Shown: one piece after another, positions 1 to 13,584 of the stretch
Position numbering within the stretch: position 1 is the first letter of the stretch
How the letters are laid out: each line of letters starts with the position of its first letter
Assembly: GCA_047495785.1 (NCBI GenBank)
Contig: JBLDXI010000063.1
Coordinates: 62,001 to 126,000, forward strand
Reading direction: 5' to 3'
Source: Lepidodermella squamata
Taxonomy: Eukaryota; Animalia; Gastrotricha
Length of the DNA: 64,000 bases
The notes under the pieces: generated by a model
Databases searched by the model: none
The model's input: the letters and a program-made list of their open reading frames with translations, nothing else
What the model was told of the DNA's origin: nothing
Translations under genes and position numbers: made by a program

Positions 1-159
1 GCCGAAAAAGAAAGAATCGAACACCTGATCGAAAAAATCACGAACGGAGACCTGCTGGTGATCACTGCCGGAAGAAAGTTGATTAGAAGCAACAACAGAA
101 CTGAATTCCAGAACAAATTGAAAATTAATTCATGTTGCCCAGGAACTTATCCAATAATC

Positions 160-265
160 ATGTACGCCACAAACAAAGTAACAGTAAAAATAGGGAGTGA
201 AATCTCAAATTACGTTCATAGATGACTGAGACAGGGATGCCTCCTTTCCCCTCTCTAATTCATTT
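160..265 (+). mobile_element. Degenerate non-LTR retrotransposon reverse-transcriptase fragment
   Basis: Translates as MYATNKVTVKIGSEISNYVHR*LRQGCLLSPL*F, resembling the LINE RT motif GxRQGCPLSPLLF, with in-frame stops. Confidence 0.6.
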
Positions 266-942
266 CGTAAATTGTTTCCAATCTAATTGCAAGTCGCAGT
301 TTTCAGTCTCCGCCTCTGATTAAATGATCCTAAACATGTTAGTTCTTAGCTCAGGTTCCGTCTAGGCTCATCCCTCTCTCGAGTGTCCATCCGCGCCACA
401 TTGATGACCATTGAATCCTGCCCTTGACGCTGCACTGCGAGGGTGGAATTTGAACTGTGCGCGTTTACTACAGCCTCACCTTGAAGGGAAACAAATTAAG
501 ACAGACGTACCGCACTGCTTTATACTGATTAATTGACTTCTATTCGAAACGCCGATTGTCAATGATTGTCGTTAATTGTCCACAGCAGACAAAGGTCAGC
601 GATTGCGGGTTCCACCGTCTATTCTCTAATTCTTTGTCGAGTGTGCCGATTTTGCCGACGACTGAAATTGGATACGAGGGCGATATGCCACGTCGACTGC
701 TCTCCCCTAAGGGAACCTATCCCCAAGGGAACTGCTGTAAAGGAATATCTCTACACTATACCGACGTCATTGCAAGTTTATAAATGACGATATCGTTTCT
801 ACGGCGCGTGATACGCTACTTCGGGCGGCCGAACTTCGAAGTCGTTCATAATCGAAGTCGTTCAGCATAATTATCCGAATCGAATCCCAGTCACAATTGC
901 CTATAGTACGACGTGAAACGTGAAGAGAAACCAAAGACAAAC

Positions 943-3900
943 CTGTTGATACTGTTGGTACTGTTGGGCATATTGCTGCTGATATTGATGTTGTTGCTGT
1001 TGCTGCTGTTGTTGTTGGAGAGACGCCGGTTCGGGAACAGCGGCCTGCAGGCTGTCCTGCGACAAGCCGAGCGCCGTCTCGCCCAGCCCCATGTGGCCAC
1101 CCTGGTGATGGTGATGCTGCTGGCTGTTGCCGACCACTTGTTTCGCCAGTGCCAACCCTTCATCGTCCGCGTTCTCGCTGCCGTTCGCACCACCACCTTC
1201 TTCGTCATCGTCGTCATCGTCATCCGCCTCGTCTTCACTGTCTGGCTGGCCGAGAGATCGCAGTTTGTCGCGCATTCTTGCGATTCGCGAGTCTTGATGC
1301 GACAACAGCAGCAACAAATCGTCCTGTTCTTGCCGCAGCGCCGCCAGCTCGGCCTTCAACCGCTCGATTTGCGCGACATGGCCGTTACACTCGGGCGCGT
1401 TCCGCTCCTGGCCACGCGTTTGCGCAAATGACCTAAAATAGGAATAACAATCACTAAAAATGTGTTTGACCAAAAAAAGCAAATTAGTAATAATGGGTAA
1501 TTTCATGTTATTTCAAAACAGTTGTTTTCAATCCAATTTCGCTGCCGGCTCGGGACCTTTCCGACCGACCGCATGCAGCAATAAAATAGAAAATTCGATG
1601 CTTGGGCCTCTCTACTCCAAAAAAGTTCAGGTGTTTATCGAATATCGAAGCTCTTCATTAAAATAACAGAATTTTGTCCAATCTTAGCAGCGTCTACCTT
1701 ACTCTGTATTTGTTAAATCATGTTCTTATCTTCGAATTTAAGAAATCGGCAAACTACTTTTATGACAGCTTGCTATAAATTTGGATCCAATTTTCAGGTT
1801 ACTTTCTCAACCTCGTTGACTTGGTCTATCAACTTAATTTTCCTGTTTTCAAGGATGACAATTACAGAGAGAACTCCGACTAACCTTGCTGCCATTAGTT
1901 CAGCCTGCAGTGCCGCCAGCGAGCGTTCCTTCTCGGCGAGAACCGACCGGAACTCGTCGCCGCTGTTCGCGAGCGCCAACTTGTACGAATTCAACTCGCG
2001 GCGCAGCGTCTCGCACTCGGCATTGCGGTCGGCGAGATTCGCCTCCAGCGCCGTTATCCGCTCCGTCAACTGACTATTCTGGCCGCCGTTGTGATTGTGA
2101 TGGTGCTGTTGCTGCTGCTGCGAGAAGTTTTGACCGGCCGACGCGTGGTGGGGGTGGTGGTCGTAGCTCGTCCTGGTTTGGTCTTGATGCGTCGCCGAAA
2201 CCGCGTTCAACACGTCGCGTTCGAGTTGCCGGTACACGAGGCAGAATTCGTGCGTGAACAGCGGCAGCGCCGGCGCGTCTGGCTCGCCGGGGATCGTGAT
2301 GCGAGGCGAACGGAGGCCGCGGGCGTAGGCGTCGTTGGCTGCGATGACGCCAAGCGCGTCGCCGAACGACTCGATGCCGATGCGGCGGCGCACGAGCATG
2401 ACGAGTTTGTCGCGCGTGTACTCGCTGCCGCTGTTGCTGTTGCGGTTGAAGAGCACGGCGAGGCCGACGGCGAAGGCGGACAGCGCCCGAACGACGGCTT
2501 CGTCCGCGTCGCTCGGCGGTTGGCTCACCTGGAGATTGCATCACAAAAAAAACAGCAATATAATTCCAATTTTTCGGAAGACCTTAATGCATCAATCTAC
2601 AAATATTTAGGGTGCTATATTTTATTCTTCCCGGAATTTTGGGAAGTTCGGGTGGCGCTGTCTAAGCCATAAAAAGCATGATTGTGCTGCGACTGTGGTT
2701 CGTTTTCGAAAACAGCCGCAGCTGGAAGGAGAGCATTTTTAGCATGAAAAAACGGCGTAAATCGACCGTTCACTTGCCCGGCTACTGTTGAAAGCTGTCG
2801 AGAACATTGACATTTGTTCGCATATCATTTATGAAGAGGATCTGCTTTTGCTAACGAGGAAAAACAACAAGGTTGCGGCTGACGCTTTCCCGCCGTTCCA
2901 CAAGCTGGTTCCGTGTTCCGTGCGCGCAATCGAAACCATCCGAAAACCCCGAGCAGCTCTTTACATCGTCCATCACCTTTGCCACCTGCAAATGATTTCG
3001 CTGCTAACACGGTTAGTCTATAAGTGACTGCAGTGCAGTTTATGCTTGGTTTCACGCGCAAGGGGTCCATTTCTCCACAATCTCGCAGTACACACAAATT
3101 GCGTTTTCGTGCCCATCTTTGTTCTCCGAAATCGTGAGGGTTTTTCAAAATCAAGTTTTATCATGATGCTGCTCATAACCTGCGACACTTGCGCGCTGTA
3201 GGGCCCGGCTTGACTCTTGGTAAAACGAGAGGCCCCGGTTTGCAGCTCGTCTGTATTAAACTATTACCCTAACAACCCTAACAACTCTCGCCCGTTCGGT
3301 CCAATGGATCACCATGAAACTGAATTAGGGTGACAAGTGCGCTGAAGCGATAAGATGCCTCGTGTTAACATGGCAACTGAAAGTAATTAAGCTTTGTAAT
3401 TAGTCTAGAAAACGCAATATACCGTGGTAACAATAACAGATTTCACCCGTATGCCCGCGGAGGTGCTAAACGTGATGGTACAGGTAACAGTGGCCGAGGA
3501 GGCTACAGTAATCGTGGTGGTTACCAACAGCAACAACCGCAATTTGGTGGTAACTATGGTAACACCGTAAGCAACGTGCCTAAAGAAGAATCTCTACAAG
3601 CAATGTTGGAAAAGTAATTAAGCTTTGTAATTAATCTAGAAAACGCATTGCTGGCCATCTTTAGTACCTTAAAGCCATCGACGCTTAGCCTGAACGGCTG
3701 AAAGCTCAGGTCGTCAATCGCAAATGATTGTTCAGTGTTGTTTGCAAACATTAATTAAAAATACGTTGTTTGGGGTTTATTCCCATTTGTTTGGGTTTGT
3801 TCGAGGTAGAAAAATTGTGTTTGGGTAATGTTCCTGTTTGCCTACAACACTTGCGTACTCTGTCCGTCAGTAGCAATGATAATTACCGCAAAACTAGAGA

Positions 3901-6900
3901 CAGGAACGATTTTTGCCCAAAATCTTGGGTGCAAGAAAAAGCATGTCCATTTGCATGCACGGAGAGTTCCGAAATTCGCGAAGGCTCAAAAATGAGGCGT
4001 GCAATATTTTCGCGACAAAAAAATATGATATTTGGAATTTCACATTTTCGTTCCAAAAGCAACTTGCTTTTCTCTCTGTTTTGCCCACGTGTGCTTCTGC
4101 GCTATGTTCCTTACTACACATTCTTTATCAATGGAAATGGAATACCTTATTAACCTCGAATTAATGGTCTCGAACGACCAGGCCTGACAGCTCTGCCGAG
4201 TAGAAAACCAAGAGGAAAAATCCACAACTTATCCACCAACAATTAATCATTAATTAGAATAACATCAGAATCAATATCCTATGTTGTAAGCGAACCCGGT
4301 AGGTTTTCCGAAATTAAACATACCGGGATGTACATCACTCCATCACCCATGTCAACGATTTCGCCAAAGAAAAAACCCGGTAAACCCCGATGGTAATTGG
4401 TTCGGTACTTTGCAGTATTTTATCCGGCTGGCTCAAATTTGGAATCGTACCGAGATTTTCTGGCAAAGGTGTATTTGACTTTTCTTCGCATTTTCTCTGT
4501 TTGCTTACTACTTATGGGACACGCTGTACGTCTTAATCCATAAGAAAATGTCATTCATCATCTCAAAATGATCCAATTTTGATGATTTCGAACTTGATGT
4601 TAATTAGTTGCTTGCTCTGTGCCACAGAAAAATAGGAAATAGCCGAAATATTTCCCTCAAACTACAGCTTGAGGGCGACAATATTATGGCAAGCATAAAA
4701 TAGCAACTTTTGCCTAGAAAATAGCCTGCCTATCAAGGGTTAATTTTGGCAGATCTGACACTAACCTGAGATAGAAGGCATGCGACAGCCGGGGCGTCGC
4801 TGAGCAGGGCGTCGACGACGGCCGGGCTGTGCGCCAGCCACACGCACAGCAGCTGCAGGAGGCCGGCGCGGGTGGTGAGGCGCAGTTTCTGCATGCCCAG
4901 CGTCGAGCTGATCTGCTGCAACAGCGACACGGGCGCCGCGCCCAGGCTCAGCGCCAGTTTCGCCTGCAGCAGATTCTCGCGCAGTTCGCCAGCCTCCGGG
5001 CCGGAACTCACGCCCAGCGCCGCGACCAGCACGCCGGCGGCCAGCCACGCGCTCGGCGATTCGAGCGCCAGCAGCCCGGAGACGATGAGCTGGCCGGCGG
5101 AGGTGGAGAAGGCGAGCAGCGAGTCGGCGGAGCCAGATGACGAGGCCGGCGACTGGTCGTCCGGGGCGCCCATACCGCGGACGAGCGCCAACTGCGCCGG
5201 CTTGTTGCGGTGCAGCAGGCACTGCACGGCGTAGAGGATGGCGAGGCGCAGGCGCAGCGGCTGCTTGTCGTTGATCAGCGACATCAGGAGCACGACGACG
5301 AGCGGGCGCGGGGGACGCATCGACGGCACGGCGAGTTGCAGCACGGCGTCTTGCGCTGCCGGCAGTTCGCGGCTCAACTCGCCGACGGCTCCTAGGGCTT
5401 CGATTAGGACGGGCGAGGGGAGGCCGGCTTCGGACAGCAGTTCCGCCAGTCGACGCAGGAGGCCGCACTGCAGGGCGATGCGTTGCACGGCGGCGATTTG
5501 CTGCTGGCCGGCGCCGGGCGTCACGAGGTGGCGGATCAGCTGGAAGAGCAGGATGAAGTTTTCGGCTTTTTCAGGGGTCCACGTTTTCTGGACGGAGAGC
5601 GGGGCGGAGGGCAGTGAGTCGAAGAACGGGCCCAGTTGCTGCACGAACGAACCTACATGTGCGAGAAATTGGGCAATTAAATACACATCACAGGAGATTA
5701 AAATCGCAGGTGTAGGTGATAAAATGCTCATTTATTTTCATTTTAAAATTTCAAAGTAGCCCAGGGTTGAGGGTTCAAGACGGTACGAAAACATTAAAAA
5801 TCAACTCTAAATTTTCGAATTTTTCTAAATTTTGAGCCTGAATTTTTGGTAGCCCGGGCTGTTGTATTGTATCTATATTTAAATTTAAACTCGGGCGCAA
5901 ACTAGGGCCTTTCCTTCGGCCTAAACTGGGCCTAAAACCGGCCGTCTAGGGACGCGTTTCCCAAAAACTATGGGCAATTTTAATATCGATCGGATTTCTA
6001 TCTAAATCAACTTAATTTAGATCAAAAGTGAGTCATTCTAAAAATATCCTTCGTCTTCAGATTCGAACGCTATATCTATTAATAAGAATCGTAAAAATTA
6101 ATACCTAATTGTCTTACCTTCTCTGAACAGCAACTGGTTCGCTGCATTTCCAGCTAGGAGACTCAGCATGAGCTCGAGACAATCAGCCGCGACAACGCCG
6201 CCATCAGCCCAGCCTTCAGAGGCCAAAATCGCGAACAGTTTCTCGAAAACATTTTCAAAGACAACAATTTTCTGAATGGATGAATTGCCGCGCGTCAAGT
6301 GGATCAGCAGCACCAGCATGTCGTTGCGAACAACTTCACGCACGTCGGACAACACGTCCATGAAGCGCGCGACCGCGGTCGGGTTCAACAGCACCAACTG
6401 CTGGACATCGCGGGCGCGGACTTGCAGCAACGCGACGAGCAGGCGAATCGATGGTAGGCGAATGCCGAACTCGTGTTCTTCGAGGCACGCGAGCACCACG
6501 TTGAACACGGCCTCGTTGACGAGTTTTTCGGCGAATCGCGCCATGAGTTCGTCCGTCACGGCTGTCGATTCGTTATTCAGGCTGTTCTGGTCGGCATTGC
6601 TGTTGCGGCCTCCGCTGCTCAGAATTTGCTCATCGTCGCTTAGAATCGAACACAGCGCATCAAGGCACAGCGCTGTTAGTTCATGGTCATTTCTACAAAA
6701 AAATGGATAAATTAATTTCATCCCAAGTAAGAAAATACCGAAAGATTTCTGAATGAAAACTGATTTTCAACCTTCGAGAAATTTCCTACCCTAGGGTAAG
6801 CAAAAAATTGGGCAAATCATGACATTCAAGTAGGTGGGTTTTTAATTTACAAATTGAGCTCATTTTGTCTTCAAATTTAGTATATTCATACGAATGATTC

Positions 6901-7200
6901 TTTTGCATACCTGTCTTTGCACAAGCAGTCGATGAGCGGTTCGAGGCAGTGCGAGCCAACCTCGCGGCGGTACGTTTTCGCCAGCGATTTCAGGCCGCGA
7001 ACCGCATCGCGCCTGTCCGCCAGCATCTGAGATGACTTCAACCGTGAGCATAGCTTCAAAATCTAGAAATCCATGGAAAAGTTTATCAGGAAATTTGCAT
7101 AATTTCTAAAACTATTTACCGTTGATTCCGGGCTATTATCGTCATTCGCTGCGCCATTTGATTCTTGATACGAGCCAGTAAATACTCTAAATAAATTCAT
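943..7200 (-). CDS. USO1: General vesicular transport factor p115/Uso1. Exons approx. 7120-7200, 6911-7062, 6118-6692, 4766-5654, 1885-2528, 943-1432; final exon/stop uncertain
   Basis: Spliced N-terminus MNLFRVFTG...ILKLCSRLKSSQMLADRRDAVRGLKSLAKTYRREVG; REVVRND and IQKIVVFENVFEKLF head motifs; C-terminal EQDDLLLLLSHQD followed by an acidic tract; GT-AG sites, with phases consistent at the junctions checked. Confidence 0.93.
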
Positions 7201-7815
7201 CTAGAAAAATTAAGAAATCGATCGGTTTTTTTCAATTAATTAATCGATTATGGGACCAGCAATACGGAATACGGAGATCAGTCATTATTCCAAACATTCC
7301 TAAGTAAAATAATGGGCAAGAATATTTTTCCTAAAACAAGTTACGACTCAATTTTCATGTTTTCATGAATTTTCGTGTTGCTTTCGCAATACTATTTACA
7401 AACAAATTGATACTATTGAACTATTATAACTATTGAAGGCGCACTTTAAAATTCTCAAATATTAAAACTTGCGGCGGCTTCGGTAATTATCGAGGTCAGA
7501 TGATAAAATTCGACCCTGAATTGATTTTGCCGTTGTTTGATAAATTTATCAATAATTTACAAATCTAAAAAAAATACATAAAAATGGTTAAAAGACCGGA
7601 TTGTAAAGAATATTTTATTCGAACACTTGAGGGTCGGTTCATTATTTTATTAAATCGCATCAACGCAGAACAACTAAACGATCGATCATGAAAAACATGG
7701 ATACCGTGCTCCATTGTTTTTCCACTGGCTAGTGTGAAGAAGCTGAAAGGTTGGTACAGTACATCAAGGTAGAATTTACAAGTTATCATCTCATTACAGT
7801 TATTTACGATTATTA

Positions 7816-8160
7816 TCAAGCAGATTTCGGCACGTATTTAGTGTAGCCGTGAAAGTGGTGCTCCTCGTGCTTCGTCACCTTGTTGTAGGCTTCGGTCGCA
7901 ACAACCTGCACGGCCACGATGCCGAGGGCGATGGGCGCGCCGCGGAACAGGATGCGGAAGAAACTGGACCACACGCGCTGGTGGTGCCAGCCGGGGTGGT
8001 AGCGCCACGCCGCGTTGCGCAGCCACGGCGACTTGAGGCCGCGCGCCGCCAGCCGCTCGCGCACCTCCTCCAGCTTCGTGCCGTCGACTTTGAACTGCGC
8101 CGGCTCCGGGCACGCCACCTTCTCGCCGTGCACGTCCCACACCTTCAGAATTTTAACCAT
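7816..8160 (-). CDS. NDUFB3: NADH dehydrogenase 1 beta subcomplex subunit 3 (B12)
   Basis: RLAARGLKSPWLRNAAWRY resembles the B12 signature GLxDPWxRNEAWRY; single TM helix; His-rich tail. Confidence 0.88.
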   Translation of the reverse strand: MVKILKVWDVHGEKVACPEPAQFKVDGTKLEEVRERLAARGLKSPWLRNAAWRYHPGWHHQRVWSSFFRILFRGAPIALGIVAVQVVATEAYNKVTKHEEHHFHGYTKYVPKSA

Positions 8161-8845
8161 CTCGATAAAATCTCTAAAAACAGAAAACACATGAGAATTT
8201 ATAGAAAAATTCAAGGTTAGAAATTGTGACGCTGCCAAGGCTCGAAGTTAAAGATATAGATGGGAAATGGTCCCTAGCCCATCTTAGATTTTTCATCATA
8301 ATTTACAGGAAATCGGTCAAAAATCGATGTGGCGAGCTTTGTAGAATAAAATAGCGAATTTCTAACTTTGATCGAAAATATTTTCGAATATTTGGGGATA
8401 AAGTAAGCGAAATATTTGTAGAAAATCTCAGAATACGCAAAAAGTATTCAATTTATATCACTTAAATACGAGTGAACTCGTTGAATACCTACAAAAAGGA
8501 AAGATGTCAGCTTTCCAGACTGCTTACTAAATTTACCAGGATATGCACTGAAAACCTGCTTTTGTATAAAAAAAAATTAGGTAATTCCTGGATATGGAGT
8601 TCAACTTGGCTTAGTTTGGCAGAGCTTTACGGGTTTGAGTTAATCTTGAAATTCGAATTTTTGGAATGTTTCTCAAAATAAGAGCATTGTGAGTTTGGAT
8701 AAAGACTCTTGGATGTAGGTATCTGAAATTCAAGCCAATTAAAGTGCCAACTAAGGGCTAGATGTTGACGGTTCGAAGCATTCGAATTGATAAAATTTAT
8801 TCAGTGATTGATTAATTCGATAAATAGGCATGATAGCAAAATGGC

Positions 8846-9085
8846 TCATTGCTGGCTGTTGACGGTTTCTGATTGGCGCAAGCACTGCTCGAGTTTAGCG
8901 ACGAAGTTCTCCAACTCCCCCGGCGTCATTTCGAGCCGCTTATCCACAGTTTCGCCCTGGGCGAGCAGTTTCAGGTCCAAATTGACGATCGGCTGCATCG
9001 TATTGCCGCATTTGCCACTCGCAATGACTACATTAGTCGACCATGTAAAGTCTTTCAGCGAACTTGCCGTGTCCAAGGGGTTCAT
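8846..9085 (-). CDS. COMM-domain-only protein (COMMD6-like), 79 aa
   Basis: LKDFTWSTNVVIASGKC..QPIVNLDLK...LEMTPGELENFV fits the COMM domain pattern; size matches COMMD6. Confidence 0.7.
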   Translation of the reverse strand: MNPLDTASSLKDFTWSTNVVIASGKCGNTMQPIVNLDLKLLAQGETVDKRLEMTPGELENFVAKLEQCLRQSETVNSQQ

Positions 9086-9606
9086 TTTTAATAAATAATA
9101 ATATCTAAGAAAAATCAAATATTATTGGATGAATTTAAACCATTTTTCTCTCAGTTTTATTACGCATTTTCCAGTATTATTTTCAATCCTTTTTCCTTGC
9201 CAATTTGTTAGCCGAGAAATTCACGCCACAAAAAACAAGGCAGAGAAAGAGAGATACATAAATTAAAATAAGATATATATAGAATATTATCGTCATCGTC
9301 GTCGTTTCGATCACACCATCATCGGTATTCTTCGAACTAAATAACATCAGCAGTTTGTTAATAGCAAAACAGAAATGAGAAAAGCAAAATGTCGACCATA
9401 CACAAACTAACTACGAATGTATTTATGTACTAGTAAACCACGGGTATCGCTTTTGTAAATATAATAACTCTATCAAGGTATTTTTTTAGTAAGTATTCGC
9501 AGGAATGGATGAATCAATTGCCGCTATCCGAAAGAAAACATCTCGAACCAAGGAACCAAAGGGAGCGCGATTGAAAGCCCAGAAACCGAACAGATTTGAA
9601 GCTTTT

Positions 9607-11879
9607 TCAAGCCATGTGGTGCATGCGACTGCCGACCGACATCGACGACCGGCCTTTCCTGCCCAGCGACAGCGAAGATGAAGACGAAGTCTGCGTCGAC
9701 TCGCTGATGCCGATGGCCGTGCTCGCCCCGGACCAGCCGGAATCGTCGTCGGCCAGCAGGCCCATTTCAGCCTGGTCGTAGATCGTCTCGTCCTTCCGCC
9801 GGTTCTGCGTCGGCCGGCTCAATTTGTGGCAGTAGAAAACAATTGCGAGGAACACGATGACTCCGCATATTAGAATTGTCGCCTGGGGCAGGTTAGGCAT
9901 GAACGTCAGCGGCCACGAGTTGTTAGTCGCGGCTATCATCACCGAATTTCCGCCATTCAAGCCACTGACGCCGTGCCGCAGTTGCGACGCGGATTCGAGG
10001 AGTTGAATTCTCCTCAACGGCAACGTCCTGGTTTTGTACAGCAGCGCCCCGAGGGTCCAGTGGACCTCAGAGCCGTTAATTTTTTGAACCGATGCGAAAT
10101 TTAGAGTGTCCGGTTCGAATAAAAAGCCGGAGTGTAGGATGACTGAGACCCAGGCCGATTTGAAGCACTGCGTAGTGAATCGAGCGTAGTCGGCCTGTGA
10201 GTACTGCGGCGCCGTGTAATCTTTGACCAGGCGGTTCCACTCGTGGGCGCAGAACGAACCAGCTTCTTGGTCGAACTTAGCACCATCATACTGACCGCCT
10301 ACAAAATAGCACAATTTTAGTGTTAAATTTGAACATCGTGATGTTATTTCTCACCTAAATGCAGGCAGTCTTCCATTGTGTACCAGAATTCGGAAAACCC
10401 GTAAAATTTTCGCCTCCGCATTGAAAGCGGCGGTTTGCTTGCAATTGCAACCGCCGGAGCGAGGCCGGAAAGTGGCGAGCAGAACAAGCCACAAGACGCC
10501 ATCGCGCTGTTAGTCTCAGACGAAATCTGAGCTAACAGGAACTGCAGACGGCTTTTACACGCTTTGAATTCGCCGGTTCCATTTAGAATAACCGGCTTCG
10601 GTTGGTTCCCATTTGAGGCTATCGACAGATTGAGCGCGGCGTTGTAGCCCGCCGGGTGGCATGGGTCGATAATTGCATTTGAAAACCCGGTAGTTTTCTC
10701 ACTAGACGATTGTTGAGTAGAGGTCGTTCGTTCGACCAGATTTTTCGCCAGCATTTGATATCGCTCTTCAGCTAGAGCTTCGAAATGTGACTTGAGCGCT
10801 GAATTTGCGCCTAATCCGAGGTAAGTTGCGACGTACAACCGGTAATTGAGTGACGTATCGGCTTCAGAAGTCCCGAGGCCGAATGATGCCATGACATCTG
10901 GTGGCGGATTGTCCTTCGGGTCCAATTCGAAGGCGATTTGTATGGAACCACCGCCCATGTCAATAATACCGACCGTTTCAGGGGCTGGCGGGCCAGGCGT
11001 GCTATCAGGTACACGTAATTTTTCGGCTGGAGCGCCGCCGAGTCTTCCTAACGCGGCATTTATCGCAATCCAGGCGTAAATTCCCTCCCATTTACCGGTA
11101 ATAACTTCAACATTATCCGCTAATAAGCGGAAGGGCGTTCTAAGCGGTACATTCAGGCGAATATGGCTTAGAATGTTTTCCTGCTCGATTTCTTTGAGCA
11201 TTCGCATGCCAGCAGTGGCCATGATATAGACGAAAGTGTCCTGGTGGCATTGCACCGGTATGTGATCTTTTGCGAACAGCAACAATTTCACGACTTGGTC
11301 TGTCGCTTTTGAAGGGTCTGATGGGTAGGCAGAAATGCCTGGCTCCACCTTGAGCACGGCTGGATGTCCGTCAGGGCCTGGCAGTTGGCGAATGTCCAGC
11401 AATTGGCCACGGACGCCACTATGCTCGGGCCAGTAATAAATAAAAACTCGACTGCCACTACTACCGCAGTCTAGGATGATTGAATACTGATAGGCTGCCC
11501 AATTTGTACGAGCGCTGTTGTCAGATAAAGGCCTGTGAGTTCTGACGGTTACGTCAGGCACCGATACATCGCCCAGCACAGGTTCGGGATTTTCAGTAGT
11601 CTCAGGAGCGGTATTAATAAGGACAAACAAAACAAAACATAATATGACGGATAAAACAGTAATCGAGCATATGGTCCAATATCTGCATCGATTATCAGTC
11701 ATCCAGACTTGCAGGCCGAGAAAGCGCAGACGTTTAGCAGTGGCGAGCATGGAAAGAAACATACGACCTTTCACTAGATTGCACGTGCACCAAGGTCTGA
11801 AATTGCGCATTGATTCGGGCGAAGATCCATGGCCAATGGCATTAAATACTAAAATTAATTGAAAATGTGAAAAGTTCAT
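9607..11879 (-). CDS. Ectonucleoside triphosphate diphosphohydrolase (ENTPD4/7-like Golgi UDPase); 56-nt intron 10299-10354; true start may be downstream (~11762)
   Basis: Apyrase conserved regions LDCGSSGSR, ATAGMR, GKWEGIYAW, DMGGGS, FSEFWY, WTLGA; N- and C-terminal TM helices. Confidence 0.92.
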
Positions 11880-13584
11880 TGAGCATATAAACGCTGTCTA
11901 TTGGTATGAGGCAGGAACATGCAACGCAAACAAATAGCAAATAGTATTACACATCTAACATCTAGAATCTTGAGAGTATGGGATTTATGAAAAGGCACAA
12001 GGCATAAATTGCGGTTCAATCGATAATCGAGTCCTGAAGCCTGAAGCCTAAATTTCCGCGATTAGCAAATAGTGGAATGCCGGAGAGGCCTGTTTCGTTG
12101 ATAGGTGGGTTGGCGAAAGGTTTGAGATAGGATTGCGGACTACGGACTACGTCAGGCCAAGCACTTCATTCCACGGAGATGTGATGCGGGGAAACTGAAA
12201 AAGTGGGCGGCAAAGAATTGCTTCAAATTGAATGCGACATATATTATGTTAATAATCCTCAAATTCAATCGAGAAAAATTGTTGCGCACGTTTTCAAACA
12301 TAAAATTAATAGTTTTTTAGTTTTTCATCGCTGAGTCATCTCTTGGGCGTTTTCTGTCGCGGGACAAACGTGAGGTTCTTTGGAGTTTTTTGCTTCAGCT
12401 GCCTAGGCTCGGGGTCTGTTTTCTGTTTCTAGATGTATGTCTGGTGCGTGAAGTCTGTTACATCATGAAATCCTTCTCCTACCTGTGAAAATTGCGAAAG
12501 AAAGAAGTCAAATATACCTCTTTCTTCTGGCTAAGTCTATATCCTATCAACCCGAAAGTCAGCAAGCTCCCAACCCTCAAACCTCACCCATTATTGTGGA
12601 TGGATGGATATACCTGAGTTTTCATCCCATTTCCTTGCACTTGCGGCCTGGAAATTTTACTGATGTCTGTAGTCTGTACCTGTAGTCTGTAGTCTATTTG
12701 GATCTATTTTTTGGATACTTGCATGTTGCATGAGAGATGATGGCGAAGCCTTGCGTTTTAGCCTCATCATTTATCGTTTATCAAGCATCAATATGTGCTT
12801 CGGGATTGAGCTGCTCCAATCCAAATACGTTTCAGTGTCCCAGATATTATCTTAGCAACGTCGAACCTTGTTCAACGTTCAATTGGACTTATACGGAAAA
12901 AGCGGTTGTAGCAGGCCGCGGGCCCCCGAATATAGATATTCTTATAATAGAAACGCCAAACTTGTGCAGACCTTTGCGCCCACTACTGACTCTTTTCATA
13001 CGAAAAGCTCATTGAAGTTCAGTTAATTTCCATATGAAACATGATTGCTTCTCATGTACCTTCTTGAGCTTTATCCTCGCAATTGTATTATTTTGTTCAG
13101 TGCATTTTGAACTCGGAGACAATAGAGTGACGCGCCAAATTTCGTCGATATTAGATAGCGTTCACTGAAACCATTTTGCTTCTATTTATAGTGTTTCCAT
13201 ATAATATGTTTCCCCAATTTTAATTCTCATTAAATCATGAGTTGAATCCGCATGCTTATGTCTTTTTGCGATCTAATTATTCTTCGATCCAAGTGTTCTT
13301 GATGCTTTAATGCGTTAATGCTTCAGCTTTAAAGGTCTACAAAAAAATATCTTTGCAATCTTTACATTGCTTATATTCATAATTTGAACCTTCAATCGGA
13401 CTACTTTCAAGATATAAAGTAGGTTAAAAATCGTGTAAGTAGCTATAGTTAGGTGTTTTCCGCTCGTGGGCTATATTTTGTCCTTCTGTTATCAGTCCGT
13501 TTTGGGAAGCCGACAAACTTATTGCTGTTATCTGTTATTTCCTTTATCTCTATAATGTTTTTTTGTTATCATTTTGATTAGGGA

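Noticed and set aside
4370-4430. Segment similar to 63185-63250 in inverted orientation
   Set aside because: Consistent with a common dispersed intronic repeat; boundaries cannot be defined
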